Below are positions 1 to 10,156 of a DNA stretch of 36,833 nt, piece after piece. Every line of letters begins with the position of its first letter. The stretch's first letter is position 1. Both the position numbers and the translations under genes were made by a program. This DNA is from Alphaproteobacteria bacterium (GTDB lineage Bacteria > Pseudomonadota > Alphaproteobacteria > UBA8317): assembly GCA_038131935.1 (NCBI GenBank), contig JAYPQH010000015.1, positions 1 through 36,833 on the forward strand. The letters run 5' to 3'. Under the pieces are notes generated by a model. The model saw only the letters and a list, made by a program, of their open reading frames with translations, did no database searches and had not been told where the DNA came from.

Positions 1-697
1 TTCTATTAATTGTAAAATGTTTTCAATTACTTCAGCTCAGAACTTAGAGCTAATATAGGTAAAAAGAAACTTTCCTCTGAACCTCCTTGCATATGGTCGG
101 AAAAACCAATTTTAAAATTAAATTTTGAATATTTATCTTTTAGATCAATAATTTCAGATATAGAGTGAGATTTTAATGGAGTTGGAAAAACTTGAAAACC
201 AGCCATTAGTATAATTTTGTTATTTAATTTTTTGTTTACTAAATTATTAACTAAAGATATGAGTTCAGATCTGTAAGATCCGCCTATACCTATAATTGTT
301 ATTTTATTTTTACTGATTACTTTTTCTATAAAAGAATGATTTAATGCGTCCTCAGAATGGATTTTATATCCATCAACTTTTATTTTTTCAGCTAAGCTTA
401 AACTCTCAAATCCAAAAATATCTGCAAAGACAAATAATTTTTTTTTATGTGCCCAATCAACAGCCTTCTTCCATTCTGACTCGCTTAAAACAAGATTTTT
501 AAAAATTTTTTCTTCCTTTGAATTGGGAACAGATCTTTCGTCTAACTTAAAAATTTGAAACTTAATAGCTTTTAACCCGGAATTTTTTGCAATATTTATC
601 AATTTTATCAATTTTTTTATATCACCATTGTGCCCACAAGCTGATTCTGCAATTATTAAAGGATTATTAGATGTAATTTTTTGAATTCAATTTTCAT
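1..697 (-). CDS. N-acetylneuraminate synthase (NeuB/SpsE) family protein, divergent; runs off left edge, frameshifted
   Basis: ATG at 697. Motifs IIAESACGHNG, AIKFQ, KIHSED, GFSDH and, after a frameshift, IEKHFT match the NeuB TIM barrel. ORF track 27..611 covers the core. Confidence 0.85.
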
Positions 698-719
698 TTT
701 TTTTAAAAAGGAAATAATT

Positions 720-1749
720 TTATTTATATTTTTTTGCTGTTGTGAATTTAATTTTTCTTAAAAAATCTCCTTTTCCATCACTTACACCCAAAACTCTTTT
801 AGGTGTCTTAATGTCATCTATGATTATATCACCATAATTGCCTAATAATCCACTCGACACTAGTTTTTCACCAAGAAATTTTTTTTTTCCTAATACTATA
901 GTTTTGTTTTTTTTTAACATTAAAAATTTATTTATCTGCCCCTCCAGAGCTATGGAAATATCTACTCTATAAATTTTATGATTTTTATCATTTGCATACA
1001 TTACTGCATCTTCAAAAAATGTTCCTTTTCCTAAATCTATCAATATCGATTTCTTTTTTAATTTGATTAACATATCTTTTTTAATAACAGGTTTCCCATT
1101 AGTGGCTCCAATTATTATATCTAATGAATGAGCAATTTTTTTTATATTTTTAATTCAATCTTATTTACTTTTTCAAAAGTGTGAATAGGCTTTATTGAGT
1201 TAAGAGTATCAACTTTTAATTTTAATTTTTTTAAATTTTTGGCGCAAAGGTAAACTTTTGCCCCCCTTTCAACAAGCTGTAATGCTATTTTAAAACCAAT
1301 ATTCCCTGCACCAATAATTAATATTTTTTTTCCTCCAACTCCTCTTAAATTCTTTTTCAAAAGTTAGTCAAAAAAATATCTACTGCGTCTACTGTTAAAT
1401 CATTTCCTTTGTAAACCCACATTGGAGTTTTTTTAAGAACTTCTTTTACTCTTCTTTCAATATTAGAAGGGTCCCCATTTTGTTTAGGTGGAATTTTTTT
1501 TTCAGAGTCTACTAGTATATAATCTACTTTACCATCTAAATATTTAGCAGCTTTTTTTGCGTAAGTTTCTGAATAAACAATTATCCCTGATACAACCATA
1601 GACTTAGTATTTCTAATTGGAGTAAAGTAAAAATTATTTTTTTCTGATTTACTTGTATTACCAATCATAAATCCAGATAATTTTTTTTCTTTTTTTGCAA
1701 GTTTCTTTAGGTCAGATATTCTAGACAGTAAAACTTTTTCGAATTTCAT
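720..1749 (-). CDS. Uncharacterised NAD(P)-binding Rossmann-fold protein (shikimate-DH/glutamyl-tRNA-reductase-like fold) in a NeuB cluster; frameshifted
   Basis: ATG at 1749, 1 nt after the upstream stop. ORF pieces 1357..1779, 1142..1360 and 720..1073 join via homopolymer frameshifts. Contains ILIIGAGNIG (GxGxxG), DIIIGATNG and LIDLGKG. Confidence 0.65.
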
Positions 1750-1750
1750 T

Positions 1751-2860
1751 TTAGATGTGATCCCAGGTAATGGGTTCATCTTTTTTTATAATTTTATTAG
1801 ATTTTTTGTTAAGGATAATATTAAAATACTTTGGTTTTAATCCTGCTACAGGTCCTTTAATACAAATATTTTGTTTTGAAAATTTATCTCCTTTTCTAAT
1901 TTCTTTCTTTGCATATAAACTTTTCTTTTGTGCGTTAATTGTAATAAATTCATTAGGTTGTATCTTTTTATACCATCTCCAAGTATTGAAACTACATTCT
2001 CTTTTATTTTTTTTGTTTTTAAAATTTTTTTGAATATTTTTCCCACTTATTATAATATTTTTTAAATTTTACTAATTCTTTCATTTCTTTTTCATCAGAT
2101 GAGAGAATATGATCAGGTCCTTCCATTTTTTTGTTAAGAGTAAAATGTCTTTCTAAAACATTTGCTCCAAGTGCAATAGCAGTTTTTGAAGAAAGTAAAT
2201 CCGTTGTATGATCTGAAAAACCTACTGGTATGTTATACATCTTTTTAAGTGTATCTATAAATTTAAGATTCATCTCAGAATATGAAGAAGGATATGATGA
2301 ATTACAGTGTAAAAGAATTAAGTTTTGATTTCCTGTTGATTTTACAGTTTCAACAGCCTCATCAATTTCAGAAATCAGTGACATTCCAGTTGAAATAATC
2401 ACTGGTTTTCCTTTTTTAGATACATATTCTATTAATGGTAATATTTACTAAATCAGCTGATGCAATTTTAAAAGCAGGAACACCGATGCTGTCTAAAAAA
2501 AATCAGCATTTTCAAAATCGAATGGTGTAGAAAATATTAAAATTTTTTCTTATTTGCATATTTAAAAATTTTTCTTTGTGTTTTAAAATCTAAGCTTAAT
2601 CTGTCAAATAGCTCGCTGATACTTTCCTGGGTTCCAATTACTTTTTCTGCATATTTTTCAGATTTTACGAACTTTGAGACTCTACTATCAGGTAAAAATG
2701 ATTGAAATTTAATTGCATCACATCCTGAACGATTTGCGCTATCTATTAGTTGATTTGCAACTTCGAAACTACCATTATGATTTAAGACCAGCTTCAGCAA
2801 TTATAAATGGTTTGGTATTTTCTTTAATCAAACTTTTTCCGATAAAAATACTTTTATTAA
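1751..2860 (-). CDS. neuB: N-acetylneuraminate/nonulosonic acid synthase domain with C-terminal SAF (antifreeze-like) domain; probably the C-terminal half of a fusion with the upstream oxidoreductase
   Basis: Motifs KPFIIAEAGL(N)HNG, AIKFQSF, FSTPFD, FKIASAD, IISTGMS, LLHCNSSYP, GFSDHT, ERHFTL..EGPDH, and the SAF tail KKSLYAKKEIRKGDKF..KGP..GL..DEPITWDHI ending at TAA 1751-1753. Several frameshifts. Confidence 0.9.
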
Positions 2861-4202
2861 GGTTGTCAAAATTAAAATTTTTAGTTTCATTTAAATCTCT
2901 TCCAAATTTATTAGTTAGACTATTAACTAAATCAAAGATTTGTGAAATAAAAATTTGACTATCTGCGTAATTAAATTCACCACTAGCGCCTATTGAAAAA
3001 AGATTGCTAAAATTTTCAACATGACTTTTAACATTTGCTATTTCATTTTTGTAGTCATAAAATTGAACCGGATAAACAAATGGCTCATAGTTTATCTCAG
3101 CTCCAATTAATTTTTATTATCAACTAAATTAGTTTTATTAATTTGATTAATCATTTTTTTTAACTGACTTTTTGGATTTAATTTTGAAAATTTATCACCT
3201 TGTGTATATGTTGTTTCTAATGTTAAAAAGATTTATTTTTTGGTGCTACAAATTTACTTAGTTTTTTTATTTTCCGTAATTCTATTAAACATAAGTTCAT
3301 TTGAATCAAAATATAGCCAGTGGATATTTTCGTCTAAAATATAATTTTGTTTATAAAACAAATAAACTGAGCAGACTCCTCTAAATTTTAAATTATTCTT
3401 TTTCCTAAAAATCTTGAGTTATACTTAAGGGCAATGTAGATATTACTAAAGTGTTACTATTTACAAAATATTTTTTTATTTGTAATTATTTTATTTATCT
3501 TTTTTACTTTCAAATCCTAAATTAATTATTTTTTCATTAAATTTTATCTTTCCACCAAGTTTTGTTATAAAATCTTTAATTTTATCATAAAGACATCCTG
3601 TTCCATATTTACCAACAGCTGCATATTCTTCATGATAAAAAGGTAAAATTTTTTTTCTAAATTTTATTCTATTTGGTGCCCAATCAGGCGTCATAAATTT
3701 TGGATCAATACCCCATATTTTTTTTGGATATTTTTCAAAAAACATTTTTCTTAAGAGTTGGTCCAATAAAAGAGTCGATATAATCCTTATAGTTTTTTGC
3801 TTTTTGCCTTTGATTTTTTTTTTACATTTTTTAACTCTGAATAAATTTTGTTTTTAATTTTTTTCAAATTTATTCAGTCCCTCATATGAAAGAGGATAAT
3901 CATAAAATTTATCAAAGTTTTTACCTTGAACGTTTTTACATTTAAATTTTCCTTCAATTAAAAGTTTTCCAAAATTTTTTTTCCAAAATTTAATTAACTG
4001 ATTGTCTGGTGTGTGAAATATATGAGGTCCGGTATCCAGTATAAAATCCTTCCATTTCCAAGATCTACATAAACCACCAACAGAATTATTTTTTTCTATT
4101 ATTGTAACATCCCACCCAGCCTCTAACAATTTCCATGCTGTTATCAAACCGGTAGGTCCGGCTCCAAGTACTAATGCATTATTTTTTTTTTTTCAGGCTC
4201 AT
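2861..4202 (-). CDS. FAD-dependent oxidoreductase (protoporphyrinogen-oxidase/UDP-galactopyranose-mutase-like family); frameshifted
   Basis: ATG at 4202. Contains VLGAGPTGLITAW..E..VGGLCRS..DTGPHIFHT (dinucleotide-binding motif plus GG motif), YP.KIWG.DP, GTG.LY and the C-terminal IGASGEFNYAD. Confidence 0.8.
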
Positions 4203-5383
4203 TTATATTAGTTTAGAAATAATTTCATAATTACGTTTATTATCATTTCTTACAGAAAGATAATTAATTTTGAATTTTCTATATTTTTTTTTGTTAATTT
4301 TAAAATTTTTTTTTAAATTATTTAAATCTAATTCTTTATCAATATTTATAGGATCCGTTCCAAACTTTGAACTATAAGACTTTTCTGAAATCTAAATTTT
4401 GCGCCATTCATAATTTTATCGTTGGTAATAAATATTGCAGGTTTATTATATATTATTGCAGACACATTGCTGAACTTGTTCTAGAGATAAAAATTTTGAG
4501 TATTTTGCCGTTTCAGCCAAATCGTGACTGATAATTTTACGACCATTATAATAATTGGGTCTTAAATTTTTATGCTTAATTTTAGGGTGAGGCGCTATTT
4601 TTATTTCAACTTTTAATTTTTTTCAACAAAATCAAAAAGGAATTTAGATTTTTAAACCAAATTTTTAGGTCACCCCAAACATTCTTATCATCTTGAGTCT
4701 ATCACCTTCTCCAGGCGTTAAAGGAGTTGATGGTTCTACAAATAAAGCAAATTTTTTCTTTATAATATTTTTTAATATTTTTTCCTTGTTGCAAGGTGCA
4801 TATTAAAATCTGGGAAATTTCCTTCCAGCTTAATTATATTTTTATCAAAAAGATATTTATTATTCTTACCTGAATTTAAAATAAATCTACTAGGTTTATG
4901 AAAATTATTTTTTTTAAATTTTTGAAAAAAAATTGATTTCAATATATTTTAAATTTTTTTGATTAAAAATTAAATTAAGGTTTTAATTATTTTAATGATG
5001 AAAATAATGAATTTTCATCAGCAGTCTAAATCAGAATAAGCAAAATTATCTTCTAGCTCTAAAATTTTTCTGTTTTTTAAAAATAAATTTATTTAAATGA
5101 TTTTTAAAATCAACTGATTTTACAGTATTTACTAAAATAATATTTTTTTGTATTTCTCTTTTAAAAAAAAAATTCTTTTTTCCAAGAGTTTATAAGTTTT
5201 AAATTTTTTAAACTTTTATAATTCATTTTTTTTATGGGCATTTTTAAATTTTGGATGAATAAAATCAATTAGTTGGTGACATTCGACATTTAAATTTTTT
5301 GTTTAGAAATATTATTTAAATCAAATCTTCTTATATATTGATTTTTAAATTTATAGGGCAATAAATAATTAATTTTTTTTCAT
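4203..5383 (-). CDS. Hypothetical polysaccharide-biosynthesis protein, possibly a GT-B nonulosonate transferase; heavily frameshifted
   Basis: ATG at 5383 and TAA at 4203-4205 abutting the next ATG. Readable fragments FALFVEPSTPL, IKIAPHPK and SRTSSA..AIIYNKPAIFI resemble the HP and S(S/T) motifs of CMP-sugar transferases. Not in the ORF track because it is fragmented. Confidence 0.45.
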
Positions 5384-5400
5384 CTTTATTTAATTTACAA

Positions 5401-6043
5401 CTAATATTTTATCTTATTAAATTTATATTTTAAATTAAATTTTTTAAATCTTCTAAGGTATCTAAATCAAGACTATATTTTTTTATGGAAAAAATAATTT
5501 CCTCTCTTTTTCTTTTAAAGTGTTTTTTTTTAAAATATTGTTTTTAAATAGATAAATAGATCCATTTAAATATATTTTTTGTTTATTTTTGAAGGCAGAT
5601 TAAAATATTATTTTTTTAGTTTACAAATGTCTTATTTTTAACATTGCTTACTGAAATTAAAGTTTTAAGTTTTGTTTTAAAACACATTTAAGCATCATTT
5701 TTATATAAATGTTTTCTTAAAGAGGACTAGTTGGTTGCAAAATAAAGTATATCCCATTTGTAATTTTAAATTTTTTAATAATAATTTTATAACAGTCTCT
5801 GAAGTAGTGTTTGATTTTGCAAATAGTTTTACTTTTATCTAAAGTGTTATTTTTTAAATTTATTTTTGAATATCTAAGTAATTTTTCCCAATCACTTGAT
5901 AAAATTATCTTTATTAAACTTTTTGAAATTAAAGGCATTTTTAAAGTCCAATAAATTAATGGCTTTTTAAAAAAACTAATCATGTTTTTTTTTTTATTCT
6001 TTTTGAATTTTTCCTTGCTAAAATTAGACAATAAATTTTTCAT
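5401..6043 (-). CDS. neuA: Acylneuraminate cytidylyltransferase (NeuA/PseF family); frameshifted, 3' end approximate
   Basis: SKRIKKKN (in an adjacent frame), KPLIYWT, IILSSD, ILQPTSPL(R), YLNGSIY and SLDLDTLED are CMP-sialic acid synthetase motifs. Confidence 0.8.
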
Positions 6044-6087
6044 AATAATATATTTACCTTTTAGATTTTTAATTGTCTGTTTAAGAG

Positions 6088-6652
6088 TTATTTTTTTTTT
6101 GAATTAACATTTTTTTTTATTAATACACCTGCACCAATAAAAACATTATTACCGATTATTTTATTTTGAATTATCGTTGTTCCTAATCCAATAAAGCTTT
6201 TTTTTCCTATTTTTACATTACCAGCTATTTTAACTTTATGAGATATCTCGGTAAATGTGCCAACTTTTTGTATCATGACTAATTAGCGATAAGTTTCCAA
6301 TAGAGCAATTTTTACCTATAGTTACATTTGAACCTATGTAAGCTCTGTCCATAATTATAGAACCATCACCTATTTTGACGTTTTTTTTTAATAAAGCACT
6401 TTTGCTTATAAGTGGCTTATAAAATCTTATTTTTATTTTATTTAATATTCTATTTACAATTTCATTTTTTATTATAGGATTTGAAATTGTTGATTAAATA
6501 ATCTTTTTATATTAAATTTTTAATAAATATTTTTCATTATATATTTTTTTTTTTTTTTTTTATCTACCAAAATTATTTTTTTCTTATTTTATTTTCTTTT
6601 AATAAATCTTTACAATTTTGTATCTTTTTCCAACTCCATATAAATAAATCAT
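6088..6652 (-). CDS. NeuD/PglD-family hexapeptide-repeat acetyltransferase; frameshifted
   Basis: ATG at 6652 (MIYLYGVG). Hexapeptide repeats VKIGDGSIIM, VTIGKNCSIG, ISHD, IAGNVKIGKKSFIGLG, IGNNVFIGAG. Confidence 0.8.
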
Positions 6653-7967
6653 TTATTTAACTCTAAAATTTTTGTATTTTTTTATCATTGAAAAAATTTA
6701 TATTTTTTCATTAATTTTTAATTTTTATATTTTTTATTAATTTTAAAATAGATCTCTTTTAGATTGTCCTTAGGCTTAAATGATAAAATTTTATATATTT
6801 TTTTAAAAGAAACTCTATAATTTCTTTTGTCATCTATTTTTTTGACAGCCTTATATTCAATTTCAGTATTTTTTTTAATTTCTTTAATAATGTCTATTAT
6901 CTTATAATTTTCCGTATCTCCACCTAGGTTAAAAATTTGATTTTTAATTAATTCTTTTTCTGTATTTAGAATTTTAATTATTGCTCTCGATACATCATTT
7001 ACAGATATAAACGGTCTCCAGGAATTTCCTCCATAAAGTTCAATTTTATTTTTTAAAGCCATTAAGATAAATCTATTAACAACCAAATCGATCTTTTCTA
7101 GGCGAGTCTCCGTAAATAGTTAACCGAAGGATTGTTGGGCAAAATTGTTTTGATTTAAACGATAAAATAGTTTTCTCACTCTATTTGCATTTAGCGTACA
7201 ATGATACCGGATTAAGCTTGGACTCTTAAGACGTATCAATTGGGACTCACCATATACACTACAACTAGATGCAAATATAAATTTATTAATATTATTTTTT
7301 AGACACTCAGAAATAATTAAATTTATACTTTCGTAATTATTTTTAATTGAAAAATTTTTGTCTAAATTTACTGCTGGATCGCCAACTATTTCTCCTAAAT
7401 GAACAACATCTGAACAACCTTCTATAGCTTTTTAAGAACATTTTTTATTATTACAATCGCCATAAAATATTTTTTAAATTTTATTTTTTTTTATTTTTTA
7501 TCTAAAAAGTAACCATAAAAATTAATATCAAGAATATTTACTTTGTATTTTTTTTAATAAACTCTCAGTTAAAACAGACCCTATAAATCCTAAACCTCCA
7601 ATTAATAATATTTTTTTTTTATTTTTTCTTTTTTATTAAAATCACTTGTGTATGCACATAGTCAAATAACTTTTTATTTTTAATAATTGAATTAATATTT
7701 TATTAGATTCAATTAAAAATTTTTCTTATCTTTCTTTTTTATAAGGAATACTTAAAAAATTTTTTTGCATTACCTCCTTAGCAAATTGATTAGGTTTAAA
7801 TTTTTCTTCTAATAGCAATCTTCTAATATCTGAGTCCGTTATAATTCCAACTACTTTTCTTGTTTTAACAACAAACACACCGTTTTTTTAAGTATTGTTA
7901 TCAATCTTTTTAAAACATCTTTAATTTTTGTACTCTCTGAAACTACTATGTTTTGAAATTGATTCAT
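6653..7967 (-). CDS. NAD-dependent nucleotide-sugar epimerase/dehydratase with an N-terminal CBS-pair domain; frameshifted
   Basis: ATG at 7967, CBS motif VGIITDSDIRRLLL, then KILLIGGLGFIGS, VHLGEIVGDP, FASSCSVYG, PVSLYAKCK (YxxxK) and WRPFISVNDVSRA. Confidence 0.8.
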
Positions 7968-7975
7968 TAAAATAT

Positions 7976-8949
7976 TTATTGATTAAATAAATTTACAACA
8001 GTTTTAATAATATAATCTAACTCTTTTCTTTTTAGTCAAAATGATTAGGCAAACCAAATATGTTGCCTGATAATTTTTCTGAATTATCTAATCGTAATTT
8101 TTATAATTTTGCGAACCAGTTGACTTTAAATTTTGAAAACAGGTTGTCTAACAACGGTACTTTATAGCGTGATCTTATTTCCAATTCCTTTTTTATTTAA
8201 TCTTTTTTTACATCACTAATTGTAATGTCTTTTGATTTTATCCTTAATGGGCACCAAAAAATAAGTATGATAAATATTATTATTGGGTTTTTTGAACACA
8301 AAACCAGGAATTATCATTTTGATTTTTTTTTAGAGCTCTTAAATATATTTAGAATTACTAATTCTCTTTGTTTATCTTATCAAGTTTTTAATTGTTCCAA
8401 CCCTATTGCGGCATTGAGTTCACTCTCATTCTGTAATTGTAGCCAAGAAATTTATGGGTATCTCTATCTATCATTCCATGTGCTCTAAACGCAACCTACA
8501 AAATTCATAAATTTCTTTTATTTGTGCAGACTATTTCCGCCTCGCCAGTAGTCATATGCTTTGTTGCATAAAAAGAGAAGCAACTCGCATCTCCAAAGCT
8601 ACCAACTTTTTTATTTTTAAATTTTGTGCCATGAGCTTGGGAACAATCTTCTATAATTTTAATGTTATATTTTTTTGAGATCTTTAATAAATCTTCCATA
8701 TTGCAAGATGAACCCGCAAGAAATGAACAAGGTATAATAGCTTTAGTGTTTTTAGTAATTTTTCTTTCTAAATCTTGGAGTTCCATACAATACCTTTCTA
8801 AACTAACATCACAAAAAATTGGTATGCTACCTTGATGCAACACTGCTGTAGCTGTACTCACAAAAGAGGGTGTTGGAAATAATTCTTTAATCTTTGATTT
8901 TAAATTTAAAAAGAGCTTAAAGGCAGTATAATACGGCTGTGGAACCCCA
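7976..8949 (-). CDS. DegT/DnrJ/EryC1/StrS PLP-dependent sugar aminotransferase, 5'-truncated at the segment junction; frameshifted
   Basis: SFVSTATAVLHQG.IPIFCDV, TKAIIP, IIEDCSQAHG and SFYATKHMTTGE (PLP lysine), plus the C-terminal GLPNH..ELDYII. Stop at 7976-7978. The N-terminal few dozen residues are missing. Confidence 0.88.
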
Positions 8950-8965
8950 GCTTGGCCCTGCAAAT
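8940..8965. other. Abrupt junction between two unrelated sequence segments (probable chimera)
   Basis: The aconitase AGP(S) codons directly abut a garbled DegT GTAAL-like region. Both genes are truncated, and base composition and indel density change here. Confidence 0.8.
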
Positions 8966-10069
8966 TGGTCTAGTCACCAAATCAATTCTGATTGTTCGAT
9001 CAAACATGGGGACATTGCCTGGATCAAACCATAAACACATTTCTTCAAAAATAGGTTGTATAAATTCAATTTCTTGGCTCTTACGCCCAGTACGCGCAAG
9101 ATAATTTAATGTCTCCTTATCAACAGGGAAATACCCTGTTGTGGCACCATACTCGGGCGCCATATTTGCAACAACCGCACGTTCTTCTGCGCGAAGAAAA
9201 CAGACCCCTTCACCATAAAATTCAACAAATTCATTTGTTACATTATGTTCACGCAATAAAGATGTCAGTTGCAAGGTAAAATCAGTTACCAAGGTTTTTT
9301 CAGGAATGCGCCCCACCAACTCAACACCGGTCACCCTTGGGAAGGAAATGGATGTTGGGTGACCGAACATGACGGTCTCTGCCTCAAGCCCACCAATACC
9401 CCATCCTAACACCCCAATTCCATTAATCATTGGCGTATGACTGTCAGTACCCAAAAGCATGTCAGGAAATGCTTCACCATTTGCGGAAATAACAAGAATT
9501 GTTGCCAATTGTTCAAGATTAATGGTGTGCATAATCCCACTACCAGGCGGGTTTATGTGAACACCCCTAAGGTTTTTAGATGCCCAGTTTAGAAATTTAT
9601 ATCGCTCTTTATGTCGATCAATTTCTAGGATGGTATTTTGATGCAGTGCATCTTCAGTCGCAAAAACATCAACAGAAATCGAGTGGTCTACAGAAACTTC
9701 CACGGGTAAGTTAGGGGACAACAGATCAGGGTCTAACCCCATACCTGCAACAACATCTCGTAAAGCAGCAATATCCACCAAAGCCGGTGTGCATGTCGTA
9801 TCATGCATTAACAAGCGATTAGGATAAAAAGTAAAAGCAAAATCGACTTCTTGTCTCAGTAGCCAAGCATTAATAGCATTGTTGAGCAATTCAACTGATC
9901 CATTCTGGCGAAGATGATTTTCACAAAGCAGCCTTAAGACGTATGGGAGGCGTGTCAGCTTCTCTCCCAGAAGAGCTTTCAAGTCCGTTATCAAGAAGTC
10001 TGTATGGCCAATTTGTATGTTTTTTCTTATCATTGGGTGATTATTATATGTCTCATCATGGTTGTCCAA
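8950..10069 (-). CDS. acnA: Aconitate hydratase AcnA-family protein, only the N-terminal ~370 aa (3'-truncated at the junction)
   Basis: LPYVLRLLCEN, PNRLLMHDTTCTPALVD, VDHS, GIMHTINLE, GTDSHT.MINGIGVLGWG.GG.EAE, FVEFYG and NMAPEYGAT. The last recognisable motif is AGP(S) at 8950-8961, and the cluster-binding cysteine region is absent. Confidence 0.9.
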
Positions 10070-10156
10070 ATATCAGTATGGATCATCTTACGCGAAGTAT
10101 ATTTCCTGTAAATTTTAATTTAAAATATCCCGAGAAAACCCAGAAGGATCAAAAAT

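Noticed and set aside
1-8949. Mass pseudogenisation of the glycan cluster
   Set aside because: Breaks fall largely at A/T homopolymers while catalytic motifs and gene coupling are intact. This fits sequencing indels better than decay.
8906-8963. C-terminal tail of the aconitase ORF and N-terminus of the DegT ORF (MQGQAGVPQP) as real sequence; also a possible nanopore adapter remnant (AATACG..CTG..AAC)
   Set aside because: Both tails are read-through across the junction. The adapter resemblance is too degenerate, and the same bases fit garbled DegT codons.
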